From the NCBI GenBank assembly GCA_963840005.1, contig CAWIXO010000028.1, positions 24,171 to 88,170 on the forward strand: DNA of 64,000 bases. The letters are read 5' to 3'. Under the pieces are notes generated by a model. The model searched no databases. It saw only the letters and a program-made list of their open reading frames with translations, and was not told the origin of the DNA. Origin of the DNA: an uncultured Actinomycetota bacterium. GTDB taxonomy: Bacteria > Actinomycetota > Actinomycetes > Mycobacteriales > Micromonosporaceae. The translations under genes were made by a program, and so were the position numbers. The stretch's first letter is position 1, and every line of letters starts with the position of its first letter. Below, in pieces: positions 18,366-27,764 of the stretch.

Positions 18366-19526
18366 ATGACTGCACGACTATCGCACGCGACCTCATGGGC
18401 CTGCTCCGCGGCCCGGCCGCGACTGCTCGCCCTGGGCGAGCCGACCCACGGCGAAGACGCTCTGCTCCGCGTGCGCAACGACCTCTTCCGGCAACTGGTC
18501 GAGCAGGAGGGCTATCGGACGATCGCCATCGAGAGTGACTGCGTGATGGGCCTGGTCGTGGACGACTACGTCACGTCAGGCACCGGCGACCTCGACGAGG
18601 TCATGGCGCGCGGCTTCAGCCACGAGTGGGGCGCCTTCGAGGGCAACCGCGAGCTGGTGCGCTGGATGCGTGCGTACAACGCCGGTCGGCCCGGGTCCGA
18701 GCCGTTGCGCTTCGCGGGTTTCGACGGACCACTGGAGATCCACGCTGCCGCGAGCCCTCGGCAAACGCTCACCGCGCTGCACGCGTACCTCGCCGAGTGG
18801 GGCGACGCCGGCCTGCTGCCCTGCACGGCGGAGACGCTCGACCGCCTGCTCGGCCCCGACGACCGGTGGACCGAACCCGCCGCGATGATGGACCCGTCCC
18901 GGTCCGTCGGGCAGACGCCGGAGGCCAAGGAGCTGCGACTGCTCGCCGATGACCTGGCGGCCCTGCTCGACACACAGGCGCCACAGCTTTCGGCGCGGGA
19001 AGACCAGGACCGGGCCCGCATGTACGGGCGTACGGCGCTCGGCCTGCTGCGGTACCACTTCTGGATGGCCGACACCGCGCCGAACCGCTGGGCGCGGCTG
19101 CTCGGCGTGCGGGACTCGATGATGGCCGCCAACCTGCTCGCCATCGCCGACCGCGGCCCCGCACTGGTGAATGCCCACAATGCACACTTCCAGCGGGACA
19201 AGAGCACGATGCGGATGGGCGGCGTGCCGGTGGAATGGTGGAGCGCGGGCGCGATCGTCGACGCCCGGCTCGGCGCGGAATACGCCTTCCTGGCCACCGC
19301 GGTCGGCACCATCCCCCATCGGGGAGTGCGACACCCCGGCCCCGGACACGATCGAAGGAATCCTCTACGCGCTCCCGGCGGACCGGTCCGTCGTCGACCC
19401 CGCCAGCTGGCCGCCGCGGCGCCCGCTCCCCGCGTGTCACCCTGGTTCGGCTATGCCCCGCTGGACCCGGCGCACCTGACCAACATCGACGGGATCGTGT
19501 TCGTCAAGGACTCCCCGCCGAGCTAG
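18366..19526 (+). CDS. Erythromycin esterase family protein (local compensating frameshifts near 19325-19410)
   Basis: LALGEPTHG, IAIES, FAGFDGP, RDSMMAANL, AHNAH. Confidence 0.88.
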   Translation: MTARLSHATSWACSAARPRLLALGEPTHGEDALLRVRNDLFRQLVEQEGYRTIAIESDCVMGLVVDDYVTSGTGDLDEVMARGFSHEWGAFEGNRELVRWMRAYNAGRPGSEPLRFAGFDGPLEIHAAASPRQTLTALHAYLAEWGDAGLLPCTAETLDRLLGPDDRWTEPAAMMDPSRSVGQTPEAKELRLLADDLAALLDTQAPQLSAREDQDRARMYGRTALGLLRYHFWMADTAPNRWARLLGVRDSMMAANLLAIADRGPALVNAHNAHFQRDKSTMRMGGVPVEWWSAGAIVDARLGAEYAFLATAVGTIPHRGVRHPGPGHDRRNPLRAPGGPVRRRPRQLAAAAPAPRVSPWFGYAPLDPAHLTNIDGIVFVKDSPPS

Positions 19527-19609
19527 GGGTCTTCCCCCACGATCACGTCCGGGATCGACCGGGACTCTCCCGGTGCCCAACGGTCGGCGCGTTGCCAAGG
19601 CTGTAGGGC

Positions 19610-20224
19610 ATGGATGTCGTCCTCGAAGTCGTACACGACGTGATGTCGTCGCCGTGGCTGTATCTGCTCATTTTCGCGCTGGCGATGCTGGACGGCTTCT
19701 TCCCGATCGTGCCGGCGGAGACCGCGGTCATCACGGCCGGTGTGTTCGCGGCCAGCGGGCAACCGGACCTGCTTCCCCTGGTCGCGGTCGCGGCCGCCGG
19801 TGCGTTCGCCGGGGACCACATCTCGTACGCGTTGGGTCGGGCCGCCGGCGGTAGATCCAAACGGCGCGCGCTGGTCTGGGCCCGGTCGGCGATCGCCGAG
19901 CGCGGCGGGCTGATCCTCGTGGTCGCGCGGTACATCCCCGGCGGTCGCACCGCGGTGACGCTGTCGATGGGCGCGCTCGGCTATCCGCGCTCCCGGTTCA
20001 CCGCGTTCGACGCCGTGGCCGCGGTCACCTGGGCGCTGTACTCGGCACTGATCGGCTACTTCGGTGGTGCGGCCTTCGAGGGCGATCCGGTACGCGGGCT
20101 GCTGCTCGGCCTGGCGCTGGCGATGTCCGTGACACTGCTGGTCGAGACCGTCCGGTTCGCCCGCCGCCGCGCCCGGCCGGTGCGCATAGGATCTTCGAAG
20201 ACGCCCGCGGGGGGAGATGTGTGA
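19610..20224 (+). CDS. DedA family membrane protein
   Basis: DGFFPIVPAE, GDHISY, ARYIPGGR. Confidence 0.9.
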   Translation: MDVVLEVVHDVMSSPWLYLLIFALAMLDGFFPIVPAETAVITAGVFAASGQPDLLPLVAVAAAGAFAGDHISYALGRAAGGRSKRRALVWARSAIAERGGLILVVARYIPGGRTAVTLSMGALGYPRSRFTAFDAVAAVTWALYSALIGYFGGAAFEGDPVRGLLLGLALAMSVTLLVETVRFARRRARPVRIGSSKTPAGGDV

Positions 20225-20854
20225 TGGCCGATCCGAACGTCCTGCATCCGATGCCCGACCAGCCTCGGGTGGTGCTGCTCAAGCCGCTGGTCACCTCGCC
20301 GCTGATCGAGGTCGGCGACTTCTCCTACTACGACGACCCGGACGATCCGACCGCGTTCGAGACCCGCAACGTGCTCTACCACTACGGGCCCGAGCGGCTG
20401 GTCATCGGCAAGTTCTGCGCGCTGGGCGAGGGCGTTCGCTTCATCATGAACGGGGCCAACCACCGCATGGACGGCCCGTCCACCTTTCCGTTCCCGATCA
20501 TGGGCGGTTCCTGGGCCGAGCACTTCGACCTGATCACCGGCCTGCCCGGCCGCGGCGACACGGTGGTCGGCAACGACGTGTGGTTCGGCTACCAACACCT
20601 GGTGATGCCGGGCGTACGCATCGGGCAGCGGCGCGATCATCGCCTCGGGGTCGGTCGTGGTGGACGACGTCCCCGACTACGGCATCGTCGGTGGCAACCC
20701 CGCCAGGCTCATCCGCCGCCGCTTCCCCGACGAGGTGGTGGACCGCCTGCTGGCGGTCGCCTGGTGGGACTGGCCGGCGGAGCACATCACCGAACACGTC
20801 CGCACGATCATGTCCGGCACGATCGACGACCTCGAGGCGGCCGCACCCCGCTGA
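20224..20854 (+). CDS. CatB/Vat-related xenobiotic O-acetyltransferase, frameshift near 20627
   Basis: EVGDFSYYDD, IGKFC, GANH, STFPF, GNDVWFG, then DVPDYGIVGGNPA..WWDWP in the next frame. Confidence 0.88.
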
Positions 20855-20876
20855 TGTCGCCCACCCGGCCGCGGGG

Positions 20877-21696
20877 TCAGGAGGCTATGGCGGACTTCTC
20901 GTCGGCGTCGGCCGCCGTGGTGCCCTGAGTCGGGCCGGCGGGTCAGCACCTGCGGGCCGGAGTCCGTGATGGCGACCGTGTGCTCGGAGTGGGCGGTGCG
21001 GGAGCCGTCGGCGGAGCGGATCGTCCAGCCGTCGGGGTCGTACCGGATTTTGTCGGTCGACTGGCACAGCCAGGGCTCGATGGCGATGGTGAGGCCGGGC
21101 TCGAGCTTCATGCCGCGGCTGGCACGGCCGTCGTTGGCGACGTGCGGGGCCTCGTGCATGGTGCGGCCGATGCCGTGGCCGCCGAACTCGGCGTTGACGC
21201 CGTAGCCGTACGAGTGGGCGACCTGGCCGATCGCGGCGGAGACGTCGCCGAGGCGACCGCCAGGCTGGGCGGCGGTGATGGCGGCCTCCAGCGCGACCTC
21301 GGTGGCCTCGATCAGCTTCAGGTCGGCCGGGTCCGGCGTGCCGACGACGAAGGAGAGCGCGGAGTCGGCGACCCAGCCGCCGATGCCGACCGCCATGTCG
21401 ATGCTGAGCAGGTCACCGTCGAGCAGGACGTAGTCGTGCGGCAGGCCGTGCAGCACCGCGTCGTTGACGGACAGGCACAGCACGTTGCGGAACGGTCCGC
21501 GACCGAACGACGGGGAGTAGTCCCAGTAGCAGGATTCGGCGCCGCGCTCCTTGATCCGGCGGCGGGCGTGGTGTTCGAGGTCCATCAGGTTGACGCCGAC
21601 CGCGGCCACGCCGCTCAACTCGGCGAGGAGCTCGCCGACGAACTGGCCGGTCACCGCCATCCGGCGGATCTCCTCGGCGGACTTGAGCTCGATCAC
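20877..21696 (-). CDS. map: Type I methionyl aminopeptidase (probable frameshift in the C-terminal tail)
   Basis: SVNDAVLHGLP, GDLLSID, DSA, GHGIG..MHE, IEP, AHSEHTV; GTG 21696 after GAGGGAG. Confidence 0.92.
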
Positions 21697-21719
21697 GACA
21701 GACTCCCTCTCCCCCATGC

Positions 21720-21748
21720 GGTATTTTAATACCCGGTATTTTTATACC
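21720..21748. promoter_or_regulatory. Tandem palindromic operators between map and the XRE regulator
   Basis: GGTATTTTAATACC (21720-33) and GGTATTTTTATACC (21735-48). Confidence 0.75.
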
Positions 21749-21788
21749 ACGCCAGGCCGACAGCGCTCCGGAGGGTATCCTGCACCGC

Positions 21789-22056
21789 ATGGTTCGCCAA
21801 CCGCTCACCGCCGCGCAGATCGCAGCGGGCCAGCGCCTAGGAGCCGCCCTCCGGGCCGCGCGGGCCGGCCGCAGCCTCGTCGAGGTGGCCCTGGCAGCCG
21901 GCATCTCCCCCGAAACGCTACGCAAGATCGAGGCGGGCCGCCTCCCGGCACCGGCGTTCGGCACCGTGGTCGGCCTCAGCCAGGCCCTCGTCTATCCCCC
22001 TGAGCGACCTGGCCGACATCTGGCAGGCCGACACCCGCGTCCGCCAGGCGTCCTAG
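21789..22056 (+). CDS. Small XRE-family HTH regulator, frameshift near 21991
   Basis: EVALAAGISPETLRKIEAGR..PAFGTV, continuing as IPLSDLADIW..stop at 22056. Confidence 0.85.
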
Positions 22057-22143
22057 CACCAGCAGGGGCGTGGCGACCGGCGGCGGTCGCACGGCGCGCC
22101 GGTAACATCGGGCCTCGACGGGAAGATCCCGAACGGAGGAACG

Positions 22144-23775
22144 ATGTCGACGATGCCGCTCCGCGAGCGCCCTTCCTGGACCGCTCTCGCCGCGCACCAT
22201 GCGGAGATCGGCGGGCGGCATCTTCGGGAGCTGTTCGCGGATGATCCGGACCGCGGTGAGCGGCTGCGCGTGCAGGCCGCCGGGCTCTACCTCGACTACT
22301 CGAAGAACCGCATCACCGACGAGACGCGTGCGCCTGCTGATGCAGCTGGCCCGCGAGAGCGAGCTCGAGCAGCGGCGCGACCTGATGTTCGCCGGCGAGC
22401 AGATCAACACCTCCGAGCACCGCTCGGTGCTGCACGTGGCGCTTGCGGATGCCGAAGGGCACCTCGCTGGTGGTCGACGGCGTCGACGTCGTGGCGCAGG
22501 TGCACGAGGTGCTCGACCGGATGGCCGCCTTCGCGGAGCGCGTCCGGTCCGGCGAATGGCGTGGGCACACGGGCAAGCCCATCCGCACCATCGTCAACGT
22601 GGGCATCGGCGGCTCGGACCTCGGGCCGGTCATGGCGTACGAGGCGTTGCGCCACTACACCCGCCGCGACCTGAGCTTCCGGTTCGTGTCCAACGTGGAC
22701 TCCACCGACTTCGTCGAGGCGACCCGTGACCTGTCCGCCGAGGAGACGCTGTTCATCATCTCCTCCAAGACCTTCGGCACGCTGGAGACGCTGACCAACG
22801 CCCACTCCGCGCGGGACTGGGTGGTCGGTCAGCTCGGCGACGAGGCCGCGGTCGCCAAGCACTTCGTCGCGGTGTCCACCAACGCCGACCGGGTCGCGGA
22901 GTTCGGCATCGACACCGCGAACATGTTCGGTTTCTGGGACTGGGTCGGCGGACGTTACTCCATGGACTCGGCCATCGGGCTGTCCACCATGCTCGCCATC
23001 GGCCCGGAGCGGTTCGCCGAGTTGCTGGCCGGGTTCCACGAGATGGACGAGCACTTCCGCGAAGCGCCGCTCGAGAAGAACCTGCCCGCGCTGATGGGCC
23101 TGCTCACCGTCTGGTACGTCAACTTCTTCGGCGTACAGAGCGTCGGCGTGATGCCCTACGAGCAGTACCTCAAGCGCTTTCCCGGCGTACCTCCAGCAGC
23201 TGACCATGGAGTCCAACGGCAAGCACGTCACCAGCGACGGCCGCCTGGTCGACTACGACACCGGCCCGGTCTACTGGGGCGAGCCGGGCACCAACGGTCA
23301 GCACAGCTTCTACCAACTGCTGCACCAGGGCACCCGGCTCATCCCGGTCGACCTGATCGGGTTCGGCCAGACCCTCAACCCGCTCCGCGACCACCACGAC
23401 ATCCTCTCCTCCAACGTGTTCGCCCAGGCGCAGGCATTGGCGTTCGGCAAGACCGAGGAGGAGGTACGGGCCGAGGGCACGGCGCCCGACGTCGTGCCGC
23501 ACCGGGTCATGGAGGGCAACCGGCCCAGCAACGTGCTGCTCGCGGAGCAGCTCACGCCCCGGCTGCTCGGCACCCTGGTGGCGCTCTACGAGCACAGCGT
23601 CTTCACCCAGGGCACGATCTGGGGCATCGACTCCTTCGACCAGTGGGGCGTCGAGCTCGGGAAGGTCCTCGCCGCGAAGATCATCCCGGAGCTGACCGGC
23701 ACCGGAGAAGCGAGTTCCGACCACGACTCCTCGACCGCGGCGCTCATCCGCCACTACCACGCCCTGAAAGGCTGA
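22144..23775 (+). CDS. pgi: Glucose-6-phosphate isomerase, three frameshifts
   Basis: [58 protein letters not shown]. Confidence 0.95.
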
Positions 23776-23866
23776 CCTGCGCCGATGCGCCCAATCGGCG
23801 CCGCGGCGACCGTCCGGCGGGCGAGAATGAGCCTGAGGCGATAGTCGCCAACGGACGGGAGCGCGG

Positions 23867-25264
23867 GTGGGCACGGCAGCGGTGCGGGGAGCCTCCGACG
23901 CTCTGGTCTTCTTCGGCGCGACCGGCGACCTCGCGTACAAGCAGATCTTCCCGGCCATTGCCGGTCTGCTCCCGCAAGGCCAGGTGAACCTGCCGGTGAT
24001 CGGTGTCGCGAAGGCCGGCTGGGACCGCGACCGGTTGGCGCAGCGCGCCCGCGAGAGCCTGGCCGAGCAGGGCATCACCGACGCGGCGACGGTCGGGCGG
24101 CTGGTCGAATCGCTGCGGTATGTCGACGGCGACTATCGCGATCCCACCACCTTCACGAAACTGCGTGCCGAGCTCGGGTCCGCGAAGTCGCCGCTGTTCT
24201 ATCTCGCCATCCCGCCGGCGCTGTTCGGCACGGTCGCGAAGGCGCTCGGCGACTCCGGCTGCGCCGATGGCGCCCGGGTCGTCGTGGAGAAGCCGTTCGG
24301 CCGCGACCTGGCGACGGCCCAAGAGCTGAACGCGCTGCTGCACGGCATCTTCCCCGAGGAGGCGATCTTCCGGATCGACCACTTCCTCGGCAAGGACGCC
24401 GTCCTGGGCCTGCTCTACTTCCGCTTCGCGAACGCCCTCCTCGAGCCGTTCTGGAACCGGTTCTACGTCGACTCCGTGCAGATCACCATGGCGGAGAACT
24501 TCGGGGTCGCCGGGCGGGGCGCGTTCTACGAGAAGAACGGCGTGATCCGCGACGTCGTGCAGAACCACCTGCTCCAGGTGCTGAGCCTGTTGGCGATGGA
24601 ACCGCCGAGCGGGTACGGCCACCAGGACATCCGCGGCGAGAAGGCCAAGGTGCTGCGGGCCATGCCGCCGCTGCGGCACAACGACGTGGTCCGCGGACAG
24701 TTCGCCGGGTACACCGACGAGGACGGCGTGGCGGCCGGATCCACGGTGGAGACCTACGTGGCGCTGCGCGCCCACGTCGACACCGCGCGGTGGGCCGGCG
24801 TGCCGTTCTTCATCCGGGCCGGCAAGGAGCTGCCGGTGACGGCCACCGAGGTCATGATCCGCCTCCGCAAGCCGCCGTCGGCGCTGGCCGGGACGGACCG
24901 CGACCACCCGCCGAACTACGTGCGGTTCCGGCTGAGCCCGGAGGGCGCGATCTCACTCGGCGTGATGGTCAAGGCGCCGGGCGAGACGATGAGTGGCACC
25001 GATGTCGAGCTCGCCGTGCTGGACCGTCCCGCGGGGGGCGACGTGCCGCCGTACCAGCGGCTCCTCGGTGATGCCCTGATGGGTGATGCCTCGCTGTTCG
25101 CCACGGAGCAGGGCGTCGAAGCGGCCTGGGCCGTGGTCGACCCGGTGCTCGACGACCCGGCGGCACCGCATCGCTATCAGCCCGGCACCTGGGGACCGGA
25201 CGAGGCCCAGCACCTCGCGGCCAGCCACGGCGGCTGGCACGACCCGGCGGGCTCGGCGTCCTGA
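23867..25264 (+). CDS. zwf: Glucose-6-phosphate 1-dehydrogenase
   Basis: [35 protein letters not shown]. Confidence 0.95.
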   Translation: MGTAAVRGASDALVFFGATGDLAYKQIFPAIAGLLPQGQVNLPVIGVAKAGWDRDRLAQRARESLAEQGITDAATVGRLVESLRYVDGDYRDPTTFTKLRAELGSAKSPLFYLAIPPALFGTVAKALGDSGCADGARVVVEKPFGRDLATAQELNALLHGIFPEEAIFRIDHFLGKDAVLGLLYFRFANALLEPFWNRFYVDSVQITMAENFGVAGRGAFYEKNGVIRDVVQNHLLQVLSLLAMEPPSGYGHQDIRGEKAKVLRAMPPLRHNDVVRGQFAGYTDEDGVAAGSTVETYVALRAHVDTARWAGVPFFIRAGKELPVTATEVMIRLRKPPSALAGTDRDHPPNYVRFRLSPEGAISLGVMVKAPGETMSGTDVELAVLDRPAGGDVPPYQRLLGDALMGDASLFATEQGVEAAWAVVDPVLDDPAAPHRYQPGTWGPDEAQHLAASHGGWHDPAGSAS

Positions 25265-25292
25265 GCCGTCATTCGCGACTACTGTCATTGGC

Positions 25293-25508
25293 GTGGACAC
25301 TGCGCCGGTCACGGTAGCGATCGTCAGAAGCCGCATCGAGGCGGAGCTGGCGGTGGGCCTGCTGCGCAGTAACGGCCTGCGGGCGACGTACCTCGCGGAC
25401 GACGTCGGCGGGCAGGAACCGCAACTGCAGCAGAGCGGCGTAGCCGTGCTGGTCGCCCCCGACGACGAGGCCGCCGCCCGGCAGATCCTCGCGGACATCG
25501 AGAACTGA
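25293..25508 (+). CDS. DUF2007-like small putative signal-transducing protein
   Basis: SRIEAELAVGLLRSNGL..VLVAPDDEAAARQIL; TACTGT -10-like hexamer 7 nt before the GTG. Confidence 0.75.
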   Translation: MDTAPVTVAIVRSRIEAELAVGLLRSNGLRATYLADDVGGQEPQLQQSGVAVLVAPDDEAAARQILADIEN

Positions 25509-25512
25509 CGAC

Positions 25513-25818
25513 CTACACGGCGGCCTTGTCGCCGATGAGGTTGCCCCGCATGAGCCAGTTCGGGCCCTGCGCGTACGTGCTGGCCTCGGCGAAGAACGCA
25601 CCGAAGTACGGGCCGTTGGCGTGGGTGTTGAACGCGTCGGCGTCCGCGTAGACCTCGTTCAGGTAGAACAGGTCCGGGTTCTGGTCGTCGGCGATCACCT
25701 CGAACCGCTCCGAGCCGGGCTCGTTGGCGAGCGAGTCGCGCGCGGTCTTCTTGGCCGCCCGGACGAAGTCGTCCCGGTGATCGGGCTGGACGGTAAACGA
25801 AACGACGAACTGGTACAT
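25513..25818 (-). CDS. Putative quinol monooxygenase (ABM family)
   Basis: EPG..FEV..FYLNEVYAD..AFNTH..PYF; GAGGAGG RBS. Confidence 0.88.
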   Translation of the reverse strand: MYQFVVSFTVQPDHRDDFVRAAKKTARDSLANEPGSERFEVIADDQNPDLFYLNEVYADADAFNTHANGPYFGAFFAEASTYAQGPNWLMRGNLIGDKAAV

Positions 25819-25851
25819 GAGAAACAGCCTCCTCAAACGTCACACCTTGCC

Positions 25852-25907
25852 AGTTCAATGAGTGAACTAAGACCCACGCTAGCACCGTCGGTTCAATGAC
25901 TGAACCG
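25852..25907. promoter_or_regulatory. Two palindromic operators for the HxlR regulator
   Basis: AGTTCA-atgag-TGAACT (25852-68) and CGGTTCA-atgac-TGAACCG (25889-907). Confidence 0.75.
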
Positions 25908-25926
25908 GAACGGCTAAACTCGGAGC

Positions 25927-26454
25927 ATGTCACTTCCCAGCACGTACGCGGACCGCAACTGTTCGCTGGCGCGAGCGCTGGAGGTCCTCGGCGAACGGTG
26001 GACGCTCCTGATCGTCCGCGACGCCTTCTACGGCGTACGCCGGTTCGGTGACTTCGCCACTCAGCTCGGGATACCCCGCGCCAGCCTGACCAGCCGCCTG
26101 AAGCTGCTCGTCGACGAGGGCGTGCTCGCGCGCGAACGGGACGCCGCCGGCACCGTGGAGTACCAGCTGACCGCCAAGGGCGTCGAGCTGTGGCCGGCCA
26201 TCCGGACCCTGATGGCCTGGGGCGACGCCCACTACTCCCCCGCCGGAGTGCGGCGCGCCCTCCGCCACGACGCGGACGGCGGCCTGCTCGACACCGGCGG
26301 ACGCTGCGAGCTATGTGGACAGTCGGTCCCGGTCCCGGAGACGCGGATCGAGCCAGGGCCGGGCTTCGAGCCCAGCGACACCGTTCCCGACCCGGTCTCG
26401 CAGGCGATGAACACACCACGACGCCTGCTCGCACCCATCGTCATGGCGAGGTGA
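25927..26454 (+). CDS. HxlR family winged-helix regulator
   Basis: NCSLARALEVLGERWTLLIVRDAF.GVRRF, EYQLTAKG. Confidence 0.92.
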   Translation: MSLPSTYADRNCSLARALEVLGERWTLLIVRDAFYGVRRFGDFATQLGIPRASLTSRLKLLVDEGVLARERDAAGTVEYQLTAKGVELWPAIRTLMAWGDAHYSPAGVRRALRHDADGGLLDTGGRCELCGQSVPVPETRIEPGPGFEPSDTVPDPVSQAMNTPRRLLAPIVMAR

Positions 26455-27764
26455 CGGCCCGCGCGATCCGAACGGCGAGGACGTGCTTGCACGGTCCGCG
26501 GCTCGAGCCGTGCGCAGCCGAACCACGCGCACGTGCAGCGGTCACCATCCGATGTGGAGCGCACGACGTAGGCACTCGTGCCGCTGCGGACCGACGAGGC
26601 TTCGGAGCCGAGGGTGACCTGGCCGTCCTCGACCAGTGTCCGGGCGTCGCGCAGCCGAGGATGCCGGGCCTGGAACGCGGCCGGGCGGTACGGCAGTTCC
26701 CGATGGAAGTACGAGCCGGTGGCGAGGTCGAACCCGACCCGACCGGCGGCCGCCACGTGGGTCAACGCGCGCCGCACGTCGGGTTCCGCGAGGCCGGTGT
26801 CCCGCTCCAGCGTCCGGATGTCGACGGCCGCGTCGCACGCGAGGACGGCCGAGACCAGGTCGGCGGCCGCGGCGGCGGTCTCGTCGGCGAGGTCGGCGAG
26901 CAGCCCGCCCTCGCCGGAGAAGCCACGGCTCGCGCTCGGGCTCACGGTGACGGTGAGCCGGGCACCCGGCAGGTCCACCTGCCACGCGCTGACGGCGTCG
27001 GCCGCATAGACCCGCACGGTCGGCGCGTGCCGCAGCAGTGGCTCGACGACCCGTAGCCGGTCCACGGCCGAGACCGGAACGGCGTCGGCCGACGGGCGGG
27101 CCGCGAGCCGCAGGCCACCCGCGGTGGGCGCGACGAACAGCACGCCACGCTGTGGGGTACGCGGCAGCGACTGCAGGAACCGGCGCAGCGCGACGCCGGA
27201 GGTCGCCAGCCGCGGGCTCATCCCGGCCGCGACGGCCTGCACCTCGCCGAAGCCGTCGACCCAGCGCGCCGGCAGCGGAACCCGTCGCTCCACCACCGAC
27301 GTGTCCAGCGTCGTGACCCGCACCTCGTCGTCGCCGACCGCGAGGCGGACCGGGTCGATTCCGCCGACTCCCGCCAGGGCATCGCGCATCGGCGGGTTGA
27401 AGTCCACATTGGTGGTGCCGGAGGCCAGCGGCGGTCGGTCGAGGCCGTCCGGCAGCAGGTCGAGCCGGCAGTGCACGCCGCAGCAGGCCGAGAAGCTCTC
27501 GAACCGCAGCGTCCGGCCGTCGCTCGTGACCACCGGGTCGGCCGCGCGCAGGACCGCGGCGAGCATCCCCGGCGGTGTGTAGAAGCGGCTGCGGGCGACC
27601 CGGGCCACGACGAGCAGCCCCGCCGCCACGATCGGCGCACGCTCGACGAACCCGTCGAAGAAGTACGGATGAGCGGAGCGTCCCCCGGAGGTGGCCAACC
27701 GCACCTGGCCCGAGGCGGCCACCGTGGACTCCCGGCGGTACGCGTACGCGTAGTCGGTCGTCAC
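26441..27764 (-). CDS. SWIM zinc-finger family protein, frameshift near 26515
   Basis: ADPVVT, RFESFSACCGV, GTTNVD, RGFSGEG, YFHRELP; CTC..(shift)..RGPCKH. Confidence 0.85.

Noticed and set aside
22144-23775. Programmed frameshifting or true pseudogene in pgi (likewise typA)
   Set aside because: No consistent slippery sites, and indels are scattered through many unrelated genes; sequencing error is more parsimonious
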